Origin: a bacterium
GTDB lineage: Bacteria > Arandabacterota > Arandabacteria > Arandabacterales > JALGWA01
Assembly (NCBI GenBank): GCA_050125095.1
Contig: JASFEA010000112.1
Coordinates: forward strand, 1 to 10,487
DNA: 10,487 bases
Direction: 5' to 3'
Shown: positions 7,147-10,487 of the stretch, one piece after another
How positions within the stretch are numbered: the stretch's first letter is position 1
Layout: each line of letters opens with the position of its first letter
Notes under the pieces: generated by a model
The model's database searches: none
Seen by the model: the letters and a program-made list of their open reading frames with translations, nothing else
Told to the model about the DNA's origin: nothing
Made by a program: the position numbers and the translations under genes

Positions 7147-7617
7147 TTACCAGTCGTCCTTGGCCAGCTCCTCGACCTTTGAACGGATCTTGTCGGCCTT
7201 CTTCTTGCCGGGGTGCAGCTTGTTGTCGATAAGCAGGCACCTCAGTTCCTGGACGGCCCTGTCCAGCTCCTTCGCCTCTTCCTGCCTCTTCTCGGGGACG
7301 TAGCCCTCCTTTATGGCCATGCCCCTCAAGACGCTTATTACATCCGTGAATTTCACGTTCTGAGGGCAGAGCGCGTGGCACGTATAACACCTGGAGCACA
7401 TCCAGAGGATATCCGATGACAGGACTTCCTCGCGCATCCCGAGGATGGCCATCCTGATGATCTTCCTCGGATCATACTCTTCGTGCACTTCGGCCACCGG
7501 GCAGGAGGCCGTGCATGTCCCGCAGGTGAAGCATCGCATGAACACCTCCGCCCCCGGCTGGGAAGCGATCTCGTTCTTGAAGTTCGGGTCTTTCTCGCTG
7601 AGTACGATCTTTTCCAT
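7147..7617 (-). CDS. hdrC: Heterodisulfide reductase subunit C-like 2x[4Fe-4S] protein (156 aa)
   Basis: CFTCGTCTASCPV..YDPRKIIRMAILGMREEVLSSDILWMCSRCYTCHALCPQNV is the typical HdrC pattern. Start set at ATG 7617 because AAGGAG lies 9 nt upstream; the track's 7740 start would overlap flxA. Confidence 0.88.
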   Translation of the reverse strand: MEKIVLSEKDPNFKNEIASQPGAEVFMRCFTCGTCTASCPVAEVHEEYDPRKIIRMAILGMREEVLSSDILWMCSRCYTCHALCPQNVKFTDVISVLRGMAIKEGYVPEKRQEEAKELDRAVQELRCLLIDNKLHPGKKKADKIRSKVEELAKDDW

Positions 7618-7626
7618 CCGGATTAT

Positions 7627-7632
7627 CTCCTT
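7627..7632 (-). promoter_or_regulatory. Shine-Dalgarno site for hdrC
   Basis: AAGGAG on the minus strand, overlapping the flxA TAA, 9 nt before ATG 7617. Confidence 0.75.
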
Positions 7633-8465
7633 TAGATCATCTCCGGTATTTCCCCGATCTCCTCCATTGAGAAGACCGGCCCGTCGATGCATATATACTT
7701 GGATCCGATGTTGCATCGCCCGCACTTGCCTATGCCGCACTTCATCCGCCTCTCGAGCGACGTGTAGACCCTTGCGTCAGGGAAATCGAGCTCCTTGAGC
7801 ACGGGCAGGGTGAACTTGATCATTATGGGCGGCCCGCAGAGAACCACCCACGCGTTCTCGGTACCGGGCGCCACTTCCTTGACGACCGCGGGCACGAATC
7901 CGGTAAGCCCCGTCCACCCCTCCACCGGATTGTCGATAGTGAGATGAAGGGTCAGGTCGTCTCTTTTCTGCCACTCATTCAGCTCGTCTTTATACAGGAA
8001 GAGGTCGGGGTTCCGGACCCCGTAGATCACCGTTATGTCGCCGTAGTCCTGCCTGTGCTCGATGAGGTAAACGAGCAGCGACCTCAGGGTCGTAAATGCG
8101 AATCCCCCGCCTACTATTACTATGTTTCCGCCCTTGAATTTCTCAACCGGGTACCAGTTGCCGAGCGGCCCCCGGATGCCGACGATATCTCCCTCTCTCA
8201 GGCAGTGAATCTCATTGGTGACCGAACCCGTCCTGTTCACCGTGAACCTCAGGAAGCCGGGCTCGGTGGGAGATGAGGCGATGCCGAAGGGGGATTCCCC
8301 CTTGCCGAGCAGGGAGAATTCGCAGAACTGCCCGGGCATATATTCGAATCTCTTCTCGTCGGCTTCGTCCACGAACGATAGATCGAAGGTCCGCAGGGCC
8401 TTGTCCGGGTCCTCCACCATTATCTTCTTAACCTTCATGTTTATCGGGATATATGTATTGCTCAT
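7632..8465 (-). CDS. flxA: FAD/NAD(P)-binding oxidoreductase with C-terminal [2Fe-2S], FlxA (AsrB/PyrK-like family)
   Basis: PGQFCEFS..GESPFGIASSP, RGPLGN, GGGFAFTTLRSL, CGPPIMIK, SLERRMKCGIGKCGRCNIG..CIDGPVF. Context next to hdr genes and two Flx-type Fe-S genes. ATGA overlap with the upstream gene. Confidence 0.87.
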   Translation of the reverse strand: MSNTYIPINMKVKKIMVEDPDKALRTFDLSFVDEADEKRFEYMPGQFCEFSLLGKGESPFGIASSPTEPGFLRFTVNRTGSVTNEIHCLREGDIVGIRGPLGNWYPVEKFKGGNIVIVGGGFAFTTLRSLLVYLIEHRQDYGDITVIYGVRNPDLFLYKDELNEWQKRDDLTLHLTIDNPVEGWTGLTGFVPAVVKEVAPGTENAWVVLCGPPIMIKFTLPVLKELDFPDARVYTSLERRMKCGIGKCGRCNIGSKYICIDGPVFSMEEIGEIPEMI

Positions 8466-9505
8466 CTGGCACCTTTGTCTTCATAGGAGAGAACGCCCCT
8501 GACAACTTCCCTTATGTCGACGTTAACCGGGCATGCGATAATGCACCTGCCGCAGCCCGTGCATAGTGATTCTCCGTAATTGTCCACGAAGTAGGAGAAC
8601 TTATGCATGAACCGCTGTCGGAACCGGTCTCTCGACAGTTTCCTGGGATTGTGGCCGGAGGCCTCCATGGTGAATATCGGGAACATGCAGGAGTCCCATA
8701 TGCGTATGCGTTTCCCCTTCCCGCCCTTGCCCTCATCCTGTACGTCGAAGCAGTGGCAGGTCGGGCACACAAACGCGCAGGCGCCGCAGTTGACGCACTT
8801 GGCGGCGAGCTCATCCCAGATATCCTCGTTGAAGACGGCCTTGAGTCTCGCGTCAAGACCATCGAGCTCGCCCGGCGGATTCATCATCTTCCTGGCCCCG
8901 TCCGCCAATTTGGCAGCCTTCTTTTCATCCTTGGCGGAGGCTTTATCCAGACCGCCCATCTTGTCGATGAAGGCCCTGCCCTTGTCCGTCCGGGGCTCCA
9001 TCAGGAAGGCGTCGCCCGCGTCGACGACGAAGACATCCGAGCCCTCTCCGCCGTGCGGATCGCCGCCCAGCCAGTTGCAGAAGCAGGTCGAGCGCGGCTC
9101 GTTGCACGCGAGACCGAAGACGAGCGAGTCGTCGTATTTGCGTTTCCAGTAAGGGTCTTGGAACATCTCGTTCTCCGGCATCTGCCTGGCCCTTCCGAAC
9201 ACCATGTCGAGCAGCCTAAGGCCCCTGGAGTCGCAGCCCCTCAGCCCCCATACGGCTATCGGCTTCGCGGGCTGCTCCACTTCCCGGACCCCTTCCCGGT
9301 CGTACTCGAAAAGCACCTCCGAGTGGGGGAAGAACACCTCCTTGGGGGATCTGTCCGTGACAAGGCAGGTCGCGTCTATGTCCTCGGCCGACTCGATCAC
9401 CTTGAAGCCCGACTTCCCGTTGGCGGTCACGGGCGCATAGACTGCAAAGTCCGCCGCCAGCGACCGGATGAAGTCGGCGAATCCTTCCTTCTCAAGTCTG
9501 ACCAT
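8462..9505 (-). CDS. flxB: Iron-sulfur protein FlxB (AsrA/sulfhydrogenase beta-like family)
   Basis: SPKEVFFP, GLRGCD, C..PRSTCFC, CVNCGACAFVCPTCHCFD, RIWDSC, RFRQRFMHKF, CTGCGRCIIACP; lies directly upstream of flxA. Confidence 0.85.
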   Translation of the reverse strand: MVRLEKEGFADFIRSLAADFAVYAPVTANGKSGFKVIESAEDIDATCLVTDRSPKEVFFPHSEVLFEYDREGVREVEQPAKPIAVWGLRGCDSRGLRLLDMVFGRARQMPENEMFQDPYWKRKYDDSLVFGLACNEPRSTCFCNWLGGDPHGGEGSDVFVVDAGDAFLMEPRTDKGRAFIDKMGGLDKASAKDEKKAAKLADGARKMMNPPGELDGLDARLKAVFNEDIWDELAAKCVNCGACAFVCPTCHCFDVQDEGKGGKGKRIRIWDSCMFPIFTMEASGHNPRKLSRDRFRQRFMHKFSYFVDNYGESLCTGCGRCIIACPVNVDIREVVRGVLSYEDKGAR

Positions 9506-9510
9506 TCTCC

Positions 9511-10476
9511 CTACCCCATTATGAAGTCTTGTTTCTCATCTTCCCGGAAGTCGGCCATGGCCGGTTTCTCGCCGGAGTCCATTCCAGTTACATAGCCGAA
9601 TCGCTCCTCGACCTCCCTGGCGGCCTTCCGGTTGAGAAGAAGCAATTCCAGTCCCATGGGACAAGCTCTCTCGCACGCGCCGCACTCCACGCACCTCCCG
9701 GCAACATGCAGGTTCCGGATTATATGGAATATCATGGTGTCGGTTATCTCGGGGGTCTTGCCTACCCACTGCGGGTCATTCTGGTCTACGAAACACTCGT
9801 TGCAATAGCATGACGGGCAAACGTTCCTGCAGGCATAGCATCTGATGCACCTTGAGTACACTTCCGTCATCTTCTCCCAGCGCTCCCCGGGACTCAGCTT
9901 CTCGAATTCATCGAGCGCCGCGTTCTGGTCCTTCCCGTCTTGCCTGTCTCTCGCCTCCCCGATGAATATGTCGTACTCCCTGGCATCCGGATAAACGCAG
10001 GTGAGGCAGGAGTTGCTGAGCACGTCCTCGGCGTCCAGCGTGAGGTCGAGGTCCTTGCCCCTGACCGTGATCTTGCCGTCCTCTTCCGAGTATTCGAGCA
10101 CCTCCCGGCCGCCAGCCGCGTCCGCCACCTTGTTCCTGTCCAGAACGCCCCGGCAGGGAACACCTATGATTACTATGTTCTCTCTTTTTGCCTGTCTCTC
10201 CGCCAGGTAGAGGGACAGCGACCGCGCGTCGCAGCCCTTGACCACGATACCGACCTTCCTGCCGGATTTTGCAAGCCGCCTGGCGTCCTTGGTAAAGTAG
10301 ACCGCTGGGTTGTTGCCGCATGTCGCGTCGAAAATCAGCCGGTCGGCGTCCTCGGGGCTCTCTATGAAAGCCGGCGTAGCCGCAAGCGCGCGGGACCCTT
10401 TCTCCCAGCCGATCACGAGTTCGACCTCTCCGTCGGCGAGCAGCTTCCTTACCTTTTCCCGCAGTTCATTCACCAC
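9511..10476 (-). CDS. flxC: Iron-sulfur protein FlxC (FdhB C-terminal-like 4Fe-4S dicluster protein)
   Basis: VIGW, GIVVKGCDARS, IIGVPC, CLTC, CIRCYACRNVCPSCYCNEC, HVAGRCVECGACERACP. GTG start at 10476 (or 10473) with GGAG at 10487-10484; position upstream of flxB-flxA. Confidence 0.82.
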   Translation of the reverse strand: MVNELREKVRKLLADGEVELVIGWEKGSRALAATPAFIESPEDADRLIFDATCGNNPAVYFTKDARRLAKSGRKVGIVVKGCDARSLSLYLAERQAKRENIVIIGVPCRGVLDRNKVADAAGGREVLEYSEEDGKITVRGKDLDLTLDAEDVLSNSCLTCVYPDAREYDIFIGEARDRQDGKDQNAALDEFEKLSPGERWEKMTEVYSRCIRCYACRNVCPSCYCNECFVDQNDPQWVGKTPEITDTMIFHIIRNLHVAGRCVECGACERACPMGLELLLLNRKAAREVEERFGYVTGMDSGEKPAMADFREDEKQDFIMG

Positions 10477-10487
10477 TTCTACGCTCC

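Noticed and set aside
7618-7740. Longer N-terminus for hdrC (start 7740)
   Set aside because: It overlaps the FlxA [2Fe-2S] motif region; ATG 7617 has a clear AAGGAG.
7632-9505. Anaerobic sulfite reductase asrAB or sulfhydrogenase beta/gamma subunits
   Set aside because: Same protein families, but there is no asrC or NiFe subunit in the window; the flxC and hdr context favours FlxBA.
171-10210. Many plus-strand ORFs, some long (1529-2662, 377 aa; 8603-9595, 330 aa; 5280-6011; 6277-6945)
   Set aside because: They lie antisense to well-supported minus-strand genes, show no recognisable motifs, and are expected shadows of GC-rich coding sequence.

Overview
The whole window is one tightly packed minus-strand operon for a soluble flavin/Fe-S redox complex of an anaerobe (gaps of 2-54 nt or ATGA overlaps). 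In order of transcription: flxC - flxB - flxA - hdrC - ferredoxin/FrhB(F420-type beta subunit)-like - [HdrA N-terminus::NuoE/HydC fusion] - NuoF/HydB - [NuoG/HydA N-terminal Fe-S domains::rest of HdrA + a second HdrA module]. The last gene (ATG at 3133, more than 1044 codons, running off the left edge) is missing from the supplied ORF track; I translated it by hand and found no internal stop. Main observation: a complete HydCBA/NuoEFG'-type NADH module sits inside a tandem-type hdrA gene, at its inserted ferredoxin domain (…CPV | insert | SEFDAGL…). This splits HdrA over two polypeptides and covalently links two different flavin-based electron-bifurcation families. No hdrB and no hydrogenase or formate dehydrogenase catalytic subunit is in the window. 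I saw no RNA genes, mobile elements or CRISPR arrays. Novelty cannot be confirmed without a database search.
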